Part shown: positions 1 to 8,013 of the stretch, in pieces
How the letters are laid out: each line of letters opens with the position of its first letter
Numbering within the stretch: the first letter of the stretch is position 1
Source of the DNA: Candidatus Woesearchaeota archaeon
GTDB lineage: Archaea > Nanobdellota > Nanobdellia > Woesearchaeales > JABGUJ01
NCBI GenBank assembly: GCA_018646625.1
Contig: JABGUJ010000003.1
Location: forward strand, 53,380 to 73,379
DNA length: 20,000 nucleotides
Reading direction: 5' to 3'
Notes under the pieces: generated by a model
Told to the model about the DNA's origin: nothing
Database searches by the model: none
The model's input: the letters and a program-made list of their open reading frames with translations, nothing else
Program-made: the position numbers and the translations under genes

Positions 1-2
1 AC

Positions 3-389
3 CGCATCAAAGAAGTTGATCCACAATTTGAGAATTACTCATTATTAAAAGAATTAGTACGTACAAAACCTAGAACTCACGCATGGAAATTAAGTACAGA
101 TCAAGTAAACATCAAATTAATTCTTGGAGATGCAAGAGACGAAATTAAAAAATTAAAAAATAAATTTGATTGCATATTCCTGGACCCATTCTCTCCGAAA
201 AAATGTCCAGAGCTTTGGACAAAAGAGTTCATGCAAGATATTTACAACGTCACAGCACCTGGCGGAATTCTCGCAACCTACAGTTGTGCAAAATCTGTTA
301 GAGACAATCTAAAAGAAGCAGGCTTCAAAGTTGAAGATGGACCTTGCATTGGACGAAAATCACCTTCTACTATCGCAACTAAACAATAA
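3..389 (+). CDS. mnmD: C-terminal part of an MnmD/MnmC-like SAM-dependent tRNA methyltransferase (5' truncated by window edge)
   Basis: Not in the ORF track. Frame from nt 3 is open to TAA 387-389 and reads ...LILGDARD...FDCIFLDPFSPKKCPELWTKEF...GGILATYSCAKSVRDNLKEAGFKV...GRK. This matches the MnmC methyltransferase-domain motifs (FLDxFSP, PELW, ATYS, VRxxLxxAGF, GRK). Confidence 0.88.
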   Translation, partial: RIKEVDPQFENYSLLKELVRTKPRTHAWKLSTDQVNIKLILGDARDEIKKLKNKFDCIFLDPFSPKKCPELWTKEFMQDIYNVTAPGGILATYSCAKSVRDNLKEAGFKVEDGPCIGRKSPSTIATKQ

Positions 390-392
390 GCC

Positions 393-400
393 TTTTAAAT
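393..400 (+). promoter_or_regulatory. Putative TATA box of the tRNA gene
   Basis: TTTTAAAT ends 23 nt before the mature tRNA 5' end (424), a typical archaeal spacing. Confidence 0.55.
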
Positions 401-423
401 TCTAATAAACCTCGCAACAATAT

Positions 424-497
424 GCCCACGTAGTATAGCATGGATAGTATGGCTGGTTGCGGTCCGGTTGACCGGGGTTCAAATCCTCGCGTGGGCG
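424..497 (+). tRNA. tRNA-Arg(GCG), intronless, CCA not encoded
   Basis: Hand-folded cloverleaf. Acceptor GCCCACG 424-430/CGTGGGC 490-496. D stem GTAT/GTAT with loop AGCATGGATA (GG followed by the A20 Arg identity element). Anticodon stem GCTGG/CCGGT, loop TT-GCG-GT (459-461). T arm CGGGG-TTCAAAT-CCTCG. Discriminator G497. Confidence 0.95.
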
Positions 498-527
498 TTA
501 ATCAAACAACGACATGAGAAGACTAAA

Positions 528-848
528 ATGTACATACCAAAAAGATACGGACAATCAAGAATAGACAACTGCCCTTTCTGCGGAAAGATAGGGGTAACAA
601 AGAACAGCCAAGGAGTTTCTACTTGCAAAGATCACAAAGATAAACTTGTAGAGAACTTAAAATGCGTTTGCGGAGAATATCTAGATTTAGGTGTCGGTAA
701 ATGGGGCCCATACTTTCGATGCATAAACTGCGGTAACATCAACTTCAGAAAAGCAATGGAAATGAATCCTAACGTAAAACAACAAGCACCTGTTAAAGAA
801 AGAAAAGAAATCGTTGTAAGATCTGACGAACTTGATTTTATGTACTAA
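528..848 (+). CDS. Small Cys-rich probable zinc-binding protein (106 aa)
   Basis: The track start (468) lies inside the tRNA, so ATG 528 (MYIPKRYG) is preferred. Ligand pairs are CPFC, CKDH, CVC and CINC. The GKWGPYFRC segment resembles topoisomerase C4 zinc ribbons. Confidence 0.75.
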   Translation: MYIPKRYGQSRIDNCPFCGKIGVTKNSQGVSTCKDHKDKLVENLKCVCGEYLDLGVGKWGPYFRCINCGNINFRKAMEMNPNVKQQAPVKERKEIVVRSDELDFMY

Positions 849-1267
849 TCAAAATGATCTTCATAACAAAAATTCTGCGCCACACCTTTGTATGTGCAGC
901 TACCTATATCTAAAATAACATTACCATTTAAGAAATGTCTAAACTTAGCAACTAAAGCATTACAATCAGAACATCTTCGAAAACAAGTTCCAATCTCAAC
1001 ATCATATTCTTTATCTGAAACCTTAATCACTTTAGAAGGCACTTCAGATTCATTAACAAAATAACCATGAACTTTCTCTACAAAGCCAGGCTGTAAAGAA
1101 GAAGACAGCTCAATCCTTAAAGCACACTTCTTAGGAGATCTATCATTAACAATCTCTTTACGAATCTTAACACATCTTTGCGTTTGCATTCTACGATTAT
1201 CATTTGACGCCTTCTTAACAAACTTATCAGGCATCTTAATACTCCCATCTGGATTAAATTCAAGCAT
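845..1267 (-). CDS. Hypothetical Cys-rich protein (140 aa)
   Basis: ATG start, with TTATATAT on the minus strand (1289-1296) about 22 nt upstream. Converges on the previous gene with a 4-nt overlap. Contains CFRRCSDC plus four further Cys. Confidence 0.7.
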   Translation of the reverse strand: MLEFNPDGSIKMPDKFVKKASNDNRRMQTQRCVKIRKEIVNDRSPKKCALRIELSSSLQPGFVEKVHGYFVNESEVPSKVIKVSDKEYDVEIGTCFRRCSDCNALVAKFRHFLNGNVILDIGSCTYKGVAQNFCYEDHFD

Positions 1268-1323
1268 AGAACAATAACCTAACTAGACATATATAATATT
1301 TACGATCTTAATACATAGATAAC

Positions 1324-1330
1324 TTTATAA
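1324..1330 (+). promoter_or_regulatory. TATA box of a probably leaderless S66-NUDIX transcript
   Basis: TTTATAA ends 23 nt before ATG 1354, and no SD sequence is present. Confidence 0.55.
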
Positions 1331-1353
1331 CACAAAAACCATCTATCAAACAT

Positions 1354-2289
1354 ATGATACCAAAAAGACTCAAAGAAGGGGATACAATAGGATTCGTATC
1401 GCCTTCAAGTGCAACTGATAAAGAAAAACAACCGTTAATAGAGAACGCAGTTAAAATTCTAAAAAATATGGGTTTAGAATCAATATTCGAAGATAATACA
1501 AAAGTTATTGATAAGTATGGTATATCATGCGGAACTGCTAAAGAAAGAGCTGAGAGTATTAACAAATATTTCAAAAATCCAGAAATAAATGCAATATGGT
1601 GTCTGCAAGGAGGAGATACAGTAAACGAAATTCTCCCATATTTAGATTATGAAGCAATAAAACATAATCCTAAGATATTTATGGGATTCTCAGACAATAC
1701 AGTACTACTAAACGCAATCTACAAAAAAACAGGATTAGTCACATTTCAAGCGCCAGATGCAAAAGCAGGTAGTGAGGATGCACATTTTGATTCAAAATAT
1801 TCGCAAACAGAATTTAGAGAAAGATTAATGAATGCAAATAAAGATATTGATGCAGAATATAAAGTTATTAGAGAAGGCAACGCAAAAGGGAAAATTATAG
1901 GAGCCAACTTAAACTGTTTTCTGAAACTCACAGGTACAGAATACGCACCAGATTTTAAAGACACAATTATCCTGATCGAAGGCTACAGAATGGAAGTAAG
2001 AAGAGCACTCCATTTAATCGCACAGTTAAAACAACAAAAAGATTTCAACAAAGTAAAAGGTGTAGTCATAGGAGATGTATTTGGCTTCGATACAGAAGAG
2101 AAAAAAGACACTAGCGGAAATAGACTACACTTTGAAGAAATATTCAAAGAATTAACAGAAGAATATAATTTCCCAATTCTCAAGACACATTCATTCGGGC
2201 ATAGATGCCCCTGCACAACAACTCCTATAGGAGTTCAAGGAGAAATCAAAGACGGAAAACTTATAATAACAGAAGAGTTCATAGAATAA
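1354..2289 (+). CDS. S66 family peptidase (LD-carboxypeptidase/MccF-like)
   Basis: N-terminal PKRLKEGDTIGFVSPSS, ERAESIN, AIWCLQGG, nucleophile motif GFSDNT, GKIIGANL, catalytic Glu in ILIEG, and His in FGH...PIG. Confidence 0.92.
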   Translation: MIPKRLKEGDTIGFVSPSSATDKEKQPLIENAVKILKNMGLESIFEDNTKVIDKYGISCGTAKERAESINKYFKNPEINAIWCLQGGDTVNEILPYLDYEAIKHNPKIFMGFSDNTVLLNAIYKKTGLVTFQAPDAKAGSEDAHFDSKYSQTEFRERLMNANKDIDAEYKVIREGNAKGKIIGANLNCFLKLTGTEYAPDFKDTIILIEGYRMEVRRALHLIAQLKQQKDFNKVKGVVIGDVFGFDTEEKKDTSGNRLHFEEIFKELTEEYNFPILKTHSFGHRCPCTTTPIGVQGEIKDGKLIITEEFIE

Positions 2290-2290
2290 A

Positions 2291-2713
2291 ATGGAAAGAT
2301 CAAAGATTAGAGGACATCAAGTTATTTGCAGCGCATTTATTGAAAAAGATAATAAATTTCTAACAGTAATGTGTCCCAGATTCAAAGTGTGGCGAGTCCC
2401 AGGCGGAAGAGCAGAACATGGAGAAAGATTAGAAGAAACTCTAATAAGAGAAATGCAAGAAGAAACAAGAATAGAATTCAAAGATCCAAAATTCATTGGC
2501 TTTGGTCAAGATCAACAATTCCACGTAAAAGCACAAAGAGAAACTTCAAGATTATTAATGTTCTTTCACGTAAAGACAAACGAAGAACCACAATTAGACC
2601 CAGACGAATGTGAAGAACACAAGTGGGTAACGCTTGAAGAACTAAAACAAATTGAAAACAAAGAAGGCGGGTTAACTGACCTATTCAAAAGAAATCCTGA
2701 CTTTAAACTCTAA
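2291..2713 (+). CDS. NUDIX hydrolase
   Basis: Nudix box PGGRAEHGERLEETLIREMQEETRI and C-terminal ECEEHKWVTLEEL. Starts 1 nt after the S66 stop. Confidence 0.9.
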   Translation: MERSKIRGHQVICSAFIEKDNKFLTVMCPRFKVWRVPGGRAEHGERLEETLIREMQEETRIEFKDPKFIGFGQDQQFHVKAQRETSRLLMFFHVKTNEEPQLDPDECEEHKWVTLEELKQIENKEGGLTDLFKRNPDFKL

Positions 2714-3261
2714 ATCTTATTACCACAAAACTTATCAAAACCAGTTTTAGCATCTTCAAAGTTATTAACTTTCAAAACTCTAACATCATTAGCTATCAAG
2801 TTTGCTCTAAACTCATTAACCATAGAATAAACTAACTCTTCAATCTCTTGCCTAAACTCGCTATTAGTAGATCGAAAACCATCAGCCAACATTGGCTCTT
2901 CTTTTATTTTAGTAACCAACAATAAATCATACCCTTTCAAATGCGTTAACATCAAATCTTTAAGCTCATGATGTTGTTTACCGTTTGCTCTATACAAGTA
3001 AGCATAATTATCCAACACACTTCTATCACACACTACAACATCAAAATCAGCAGAATTATTTTCTTCCCTAATCTGGTGAGGCAAAATCCATTCCTGCGCT
3101 TTCAAAGTAGACTCTTCATTAACCGGAAAAGGACATTTTCTTGCCATTTCTGTAATCTGAGTTACCTTTAATCCTCTCGCTTGAAGATAAAGAACTAACT
3201 TATTACAAATAGTAGTCTTACCTGTACAATGTGCACCAATCACCGCTATCTTTTTAACCAT
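2710..3261 (-). CDS. P-loop nucleotide-kinase-like protein (AAA_28/NadR-kinase/thymidylate-kinase-like)
   Basis: KIAVIGAHCTGKTT Walker A, EMAR, VVCDRSVLD, YDLLL and DGFR. Own TATA TTTATAAG (minus strand 3285-3292) lies about 24 nt upstream. Confidence 0.8.
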   Translation of the reverse strand: MVKKIAVIGAHCTGKTTICNKLVLYLQARGLKVTQITEMARKCPFPVNEESTLKAQEWILPHQIREENNSADFDVVVCDRSVLDNYAYLYRANGKQHHELKDLMLTHLKGYDLLLVTKIKEEPMLADGFRSTNSEFRQEIEELVYSMVNEFRANLIANDVRVLKVNNFEDAKTGFDKFCGNKI

Positions 3262-3293
3262 AAAAACAAATAGAACGTCTGAGACTTATAAAT

Positions 3294-4067
3294 TTACTGG
3301 TCTTGTCTATATTCTCTCACAACATACAAGCCCCGATTCCTTATCGTAGGATGCTTTAGTGAAACCCAAGTTTCTCTAGCATCTGAAAAATGATCTTCAA
3401 GTTTCTCACCAGCCTGACTTGCAAGAAGTCCTAAAGGAGAATCTGAACAAACAAAAACAGCATCAGGCCCCATAATTCTTTTAACAGCTTCAGCATCAGA
3501 AGGCCCCTGCATTTTAACACCGCCATTGATCACCATAGAAAACACACCACGTTTCATATCCTGATAATTACCTGCAGCCATAAGAAAACTACAACCATCA
3601 AAACCAAACTCATGTAAACCTGTAAATGATTCTTCAGAATCAGAACTTGAATGACAAATAAGATCGTCAGGACATTCATTAACTCTCCTAAGTAACTCCA
3701 CTAATTTTGCCCTTTCATCAGCTGAAGCTCTGGAATCAAACTCTAAATAAAGAGGATCAACACTAGTATAGCTATTACACATGCCAACAACACCTTCATA
3801 AACATGATGACCACTACCAATTTCAAGAACATCCTGGCCAGCATAGTACTCAGGATTTCCTTCAAGATGCAAAGCAGTTGCCAACCTCAACAAAGAAGTT
3901 TGAGATCTTTCCTCCAATGTTGCAAGAGCTCGATCATGACCAACATCAACTTCAAGAATCCTTCGCGGAACCTTAGAAGCCAATAAATACTCAGCAAGCT
4001 GCTCATACCCTGCAGCCCCCCAATTAAGAATATGAAGCTCAACTATTTTTTCAATATCTTTAATCAT
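3294..4067 (-). CDS. Diverged class I SAM-dependent methyltransferase-like protein (paralogue B)
   Basis: Motif I DVLEIGSG and motif II YTSVDP. Colinear similarity to the adjacent 4060..4836 protein, which it overlaps by 8 nt. Confidence 0.6.
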   Translation of the reverse strand: MIKDIEKIVELHILNWGAAGYEQLAEYLLASKVPRRILEVDVGHDRALATLEERSQTSLLRLATALHLEGNPEYYAGQDVLEIGSGHHVYEGVVGMCNSYTSVDPLYLEFDSRASADERAKLVELLRRVNECPDDLICHSSSDSEESFTGLHEFGFDGCSFLMAAGNYQDMKRGVFSMVINGGVKMQGPSDAEAVKRIMGPDAVFVCSDSPLGLLASQAGEKLEDHFSDARETWVSLKHPTIRNRGLYVVREYRQDQ

Positions 4068-4836
4068 CTAAAACACCCGAATAAACTCCAACAACAAGTA
4101 AAGTGTTCTGACTTTTAAAAGGTGCGACTAATTCTAACCAATATTCTTTCACAGATTCAAAATGCTCATGTGGTTGAGCTCTATCATTTAAAGTCCACAT
4201 AACAGGATAACTAACATCAACATAATGCCCTTCAGGCGTCAATAAACGAGATATCTCAGCCATCGCATCTTCAGTCACCACCAACCCATTGTTCACAACC
4301 ACATCATACGTTACATCCATAGAAATATCTTCAAACAGTCCAGGAATCAAAGTTACTTTACCCTCTTGCAAGAACCATTCATCCATCCTAGTTTGAGAAG
4401 TACTTTTAGGCGTTTCACACAACAAACCTTTACCCTTATGAGCTTTCTCAAGCAATCTTCTAAACTGCAAATAACCTGCCAGATCAGGATCCATCAATAA
4501 CTTTTGATAAACAGGATCAACACCAGTATAATGTTCAGAAGCATCAACAACATTCTGATCCAAATACATGCCACTTCCGATCTCTAGAACACGTGCGCCT
4601 TCAAACAAAGGAGCATAATCTCTTGCAAATCTATTCATCGCCAAATTCACATCCGCCATACAACTTGCCAAAGGATTAAGAGAAGTTACTAACATCTCCA
4701 GAAAAGATACTTTAACAACATCATGAAAACGAGCATGATCATTATCCCTAAGATAAGAAGCAATCTGTTCTGCAAACTCAGTACCATGATACTTCTGATC
4801 AAGATGTAAGAATTTAGAAATTTGATCTTCATTCAT
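4060..4836 (-). CDS. Class I SAM-dependent methyltransferase-like protein (paralogue A)
   Basis: GARVLEIGSG, YTGVDP, TYDVVV and EISRLLTPEG are recognisable Rossmann methyltransferase motifs. Confidence 0.7.
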   Translation of the reverse strand: MNEDQISKFLHLDQKYHGTEFAEQIASYLRDNDHARFHDVVKVSFLEMLVTSLNPLASCMADVNLAMNRFARDYAPLFEGARVLEIGSGMYLDQNVVDASEHYTGVDPVYQKLLMDPDLAGYLQFRRLLEKAHKGKGLLCETPKSTSQTRMDEWFLQEGKVTLIPGLFEDISMDVTYDVVVNNGLVVTEDAMAEISRLLTPEGHYVDVSYPVMWTLNDRAQPHEHFESVKEYWLELVAPFKSQNTLLVVGVYSGVLDD

Positions 4837-4837
4837 T

Positions 4838-5368
4838 TTAGTATATCAAAGCAACAACCACGCCATTAACTTGGTTAAACCTAATCTTTCCCGGATCTAA
4901 TCCAGGATTGTTATCGCCTTTCACTCTAAAATAAAAACCTTCCTGATCAAAACCTTTCTCAACAACTCTATGTACAATTAAACCATCAGCAAATTCTGAA
5001 TTATAAGAAATAATATCACCAACAGTAATTTCATCAGCACTGTCCGGCATAATTTCAATACCATTAGTACCTTTATCCAATATTGGATCCATAGAATTTG
5101 TATCTAAAAATCTTGCCCAAGTTGCATTTTGAATATCCAACTCAATATTATCTGAATAAACATGAATCATATCTTCACTCACTCTATCAGAAGGCGAAGC
5201 CATCTCTGGATTTTTCTCAACAAAAACATCATCTAGAGTTAGAGTTGGCAATTCATTCTGAGTATCTACTACAGACATTGATGTAATACCAGAATACAAG
5301 CTAGAAGAGGCCCATCCCAGACCAAAACAAAGCAATATTAATGCCAAAACCGCTAGTTCAGCTCTCAT
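4838..5368 (-). CDS. Signal peptidase I (S26, archaeal Sec11-type Ser/His)
   Basis: N-terminal hydrophobic anchor, NSMDP (Ser92), VGDIISY, IVHRVV, KGDNNPGLDP. GGTGG SD upstream. Confidence 0.85.
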   Translation of the reverse strand: MRAELAVLALILLCFGLGWASSSLYSGITSMSVVDTQNELPTLTLDDVFVEKNPEMASPSDRVSEDMIHVYSDNIELDIQNATWARFLDTNSMDPILDKGTNGIEIMPDSADEITVGDIISYNSEFADGLIVHRVVEKGFDQEGFYFRVKGDNNPGLDPGKIRFNQVNGVVVALIY

Positions 5369-5505
5369 TTTCCACCGGAAGAGCTATTCAATACTTCATT
5401 TTTAAAGCTTTCGCTTTTGTTCCCACCACGCAGTACTAAAAACACAAGCTATTTAAATGAAACATCAATAATTCAGCATAAGGACGCATTTAGGGGGAGA
5501 TAAAC

Positions 5506-5970
5506 ATCACAGAACAAAAAGAACTTTACATCGTTAATGTTGGAGTTGATCCTGTATTTCTTAGATCCATCATGAATGAAACTAGACCAGTAGTTGCAGA
5601 CATGGGAAAAAGACGTGAACAATACGATGTATTTGCAGAACATGTTAGAGCACAATATCCAGGATTTGGATTTCCATTCTTAGCAATACCTGGAAACAGA
5701 ACAGAAGTACATTGTTTCAACAGCGGACTTCAAGGTGGCACAACAAAAGATACCATTGATGCAGAAGGCAGAATAAAAGGAGTTCCAATTGATGATTGGA
5801 TTTATCAACTAACTCTACCCCGACCAGTAAAAGGAGTTTATACAAGAGCCGACTCAACAATGGTAGGGGTGAATCTAACTGCATTAGTAGAATGCGCAGA
5901 AACTGAAATGTTCCCTGAAGCAATGCAAAGACTTGAAGATCATTTTAAGATAACTCGAATACTTCTATAG
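5506..5970 (+). CDS. Hypothetical protein (first ATG at 5572; frame open from 5494, possible ATC start at 5506)
   Basis: TATA-like TTTAAAT at 5452-5458 and SD-like GGGGGAG at 5493-5499 precede the in-frame ATC 5506. No family recognised. Confidence 0.6.
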   Translation: MTEQKELYIVNVGVDPVFLRSIMNETRPVVADMGKRREQYDVFAEHVRAQYPGFGFPFLAIPGNRTEVHCFNSGLQGGTTKDTIDAEGRIKGVPIDDWIYQLTLPRPVKGVYTRADSTMVGVNLTALVECAETEMFPEAMQRLEDHFKITRILL

Positions 5971-6015
5971 AAAATTCGTAAATTATACGAACTAGACGAC
6001 AAATTCTCCATAATC

Positions 6016-6023
6016 TTTATAAA
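6016..6023 (+). promoter_or_regulatory. TATA box of probably leaderless lysS
   Basis: TTTATAAA ends 22 nt before ATG 6046, with no SD. Confidence 0.6.
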
Positions 6024-6045
6024 TAATACTCTAATTGCCAAACGC

Positions 6046-7530
6046 ATGGAAAAAACAAATGAAAAAGAAAATCCTAACAAGTTAATCCAGGACAGACTTA
6101 GAAAGTTAAACGATCTAAGGGAACTCAACGTTAATCCATATCCTTATTCTTATCAGCCTACACACAAGGCTAAAGATATCAATGAAAAATACGCAGGACT
6201 GAAAGCAGAAGAAGAAACTAAAGACAATGTTAAGGTTGCAGGAAGAATCATGCAGCTAAGAAACATGGGTAAAATCTGTTTTATCCATTTAATGGACTCC
6301 ACAGGAAAAGTTCAATTATATTTACGAAAAGAAGATTTAGGAGATAACTACAAACTTCTTAAGAAATTAGATCTTGGCGACTTTATTGGAGCAGAAGGTC
6401 ACATCTTCAAAACGAAGATGGGCGAAGTTACAGTATACACAAAAAATTTTGAAGTACTGTGCAAATCACTAAGACCTCTACCAGAAAAGTATCACGGCCT
6501 ACAAGATGTAGAGATAAGATACAGAAAGAGATACTTAGATTTAATCACTAATCCAAATATAAGAGATACCTTTGTTACAAGAAGTAAGATCATAAAAGGC
6601 ATTAGAAATTATTTAGATGACAGAGGATATGTGGAAGTTCAAGTACCAATGCTTCAACCAATCTACGGTGGAGCAGCAGCAAGACCTTTCAAAACACATC
6701 ACAACGATCTAGACATGCCGTTATACCTGAAGATTTCTCCAGAACTCTACTTAAAGAGACTCATTGTAGGAGGATTCGACAAAGTTTACGACATCAGTTA
6801 TAATTTCAGAAATGAAGGTACTGATACTAATCACAATCCAGAGTTTACAATGATCGAATGGTATGAAGCTTACGCAGACTACAACGACATGATGAGAATG
6901 ACGGAAGAGTTAGTAAGTGGATTAGTAAAAGAACTTCACGGTTCAACTAAGCTAACGTACCAAGGAACAGAATTAGACTTCACCATGCCATGGAGAAGAC
7001 TAAAGATGAAAGATGCAATCAAAGAATATGCTGATATTGATATTGATGACTACGATGATGAACAAATCAAAGAACTAATCGATACATACAATTTAGAATA
7101 TCACGGAGATGTAACAAGAGGTGGAATTGTACAAGTTTTATTTGAAGAACTAGCTGAAGATAAACTTATTCAACCAACGTTCATCATAGATCATCCAGTT
7201 GAAGTTTCACCACTAACTAAAATTCATAGAACTGACAAGGGTTTCGTAGAAAGATTTGAGTTATTCATCAACAAAATGGAACTAGCCAACGCATATTCTG
7301 AATTGAATGATCCGATTGATCAGAAAAACAGATTAGAAGAACAAGAAGCTAGCAGAGCTGTTGATGATGAAGCACATCCAATGGATGAAGACTTTGTTGA
7401 AGCTATCGAAACAGGTATGCCACCTACTGGAGGCATTGGTATTGGTGTTGACAGATTAGTTATGATTCTAACAGATAGTCCTAGTATTAGGGATGTAATT
7501 CTCTTCCCAACCATGAAACCACAGGATTAG
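6046..7530 (+). CDS. lysS: Lysine--tRNA ligase, class II
   Basis: OB-fold VAGRIMQLRNMGK, LRPLPEKYHGL, RYRKRYLDL, GGAAARPFKTHHN, motif 2 FRNEG...HNPEFT, motif 3 GMPPTGGIGIGVDRLVM, IRDVILFP. Confidence 0.98.
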   Translation: MEKTNEKENPNKLIQDRLRKLNDLRELNVNPYPYSYQPTHKAKDINEKYAGLKAEEETKDNVKVAGRIMQLRNMGKICFIHLMDSTGKVQLYLRKEDLGDNYKLLKKLDLGDFIGAEGHIFKTKMGEVTVYTKNFEVLCKSLRPLPEKYHGLQDVEIRYRKRYLDLITNPNIRDTFVTRSKIIKGIRNYLDDRGYVEVQVPMLQPIYGGAAARPFKTHHNDLDMPLYLKISPELYLKRLIVGGFDKVYDISYNFRNEGTDTNHNPEFTMIEWYEAYADYNDMMRMTEELVSGLVKELHGSTKLTYQGTELDFTMPWRRLKMKDAIKEYADIDIDDYDDEQIKELIDTYNLEYHGDVTRGGIVQVLFEELAEDKLIQPTFIIDHPVEVSPLTKIHRTDKGFVERFELFINKMELANAYSELNDPIDQKNRLEEQEASRAVDDEAHPMDEDFVEAIETGMPPTGGIGIGVDRLVMILTDSPSIRDVILFPTMKPQD

Positions 7531-7602
7531 AGAGCTCTAAGCAATGAATCAAGCACACCGAAAGCTTTAAATTCTAGTTTATAAATCAAAGTAGAGATAA
7601 AA

Positions 7603-8001
7603 ATGGGAATGTTTTCAAGTAACGGCAAAGATGTAACCATCAGATTTGGTGAAAGAACAGTTATAGGACTAACTGAGAAAGTAATCATCAAAAGTTTAGA
7701 TGGAAAAGAAAAAGAAGTTCTTGCAAGAATTGACACTGGTGCAACAACTAGTTCAGTAGATGTCGGATTAGCAGCCGAGTTAGGCCTAGGACCAGTCATC
7801 AAGAGCAAACTTATCAAAAGTGCATCTGGCTCAGGAATGAGAGCTGTTGTAAAAGCAATAATGGTTATGGAAAACCAAGATAAAGAATGCGAATTCAATC
7901 TTGCAGACCGAACACACATGAAATACAGAGTATTAATTGGTCAGAACATTCTAAAAGACGGTGGATTCTTAATAGATCCCACCAAGTCACAAATAGATTA
8001 A
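7603..8001 (+). CDS. RimB-like retropepsin-fold protease (RimK-associated 'ATP-dependent zinc protease' family)
   Basis: VIGLTEKV, ARIDTGATTSS (DTG aspartic motif), IKSASG, FNLADRTHMKYRVLIGQNIL and FLIDP. Directly upstream of rimK. Confidence 0.85.
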   Translation: MGMFSSNGKDVTIRFGERTVIGLTEKVIIKSLDGKEKEVLARIDTGATTSSVDVGLAAELGLGPVIKSKLIKSASGSGMRAVVKAIMVMENQDKECEFNLADRTHMKYRVLIGQNILKDGGFLIDPTKSQID

Positions 8002-8013
8002 ACTTGGGGTAAA

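Noticed and set aside
468..527. N-terminal extension of ORF 468..848 from TTG 468
   Set aside because: It overlaps the tRNA-Arg T arm and acceptor stem. ATG 528 is the plausible start.
845..1267. Radical SAM enzyme call from CX3CX2C
   Set aside because: 140 aa with the motif in the C-terminal half leaves no room for the partial TIM barrel.
424..5970. tRNA-anchored integrated element or genomic island
   Set aside because: No integrase or transposase, and I noticed no repeat of the tRNA 3' end elsewhere in the window.
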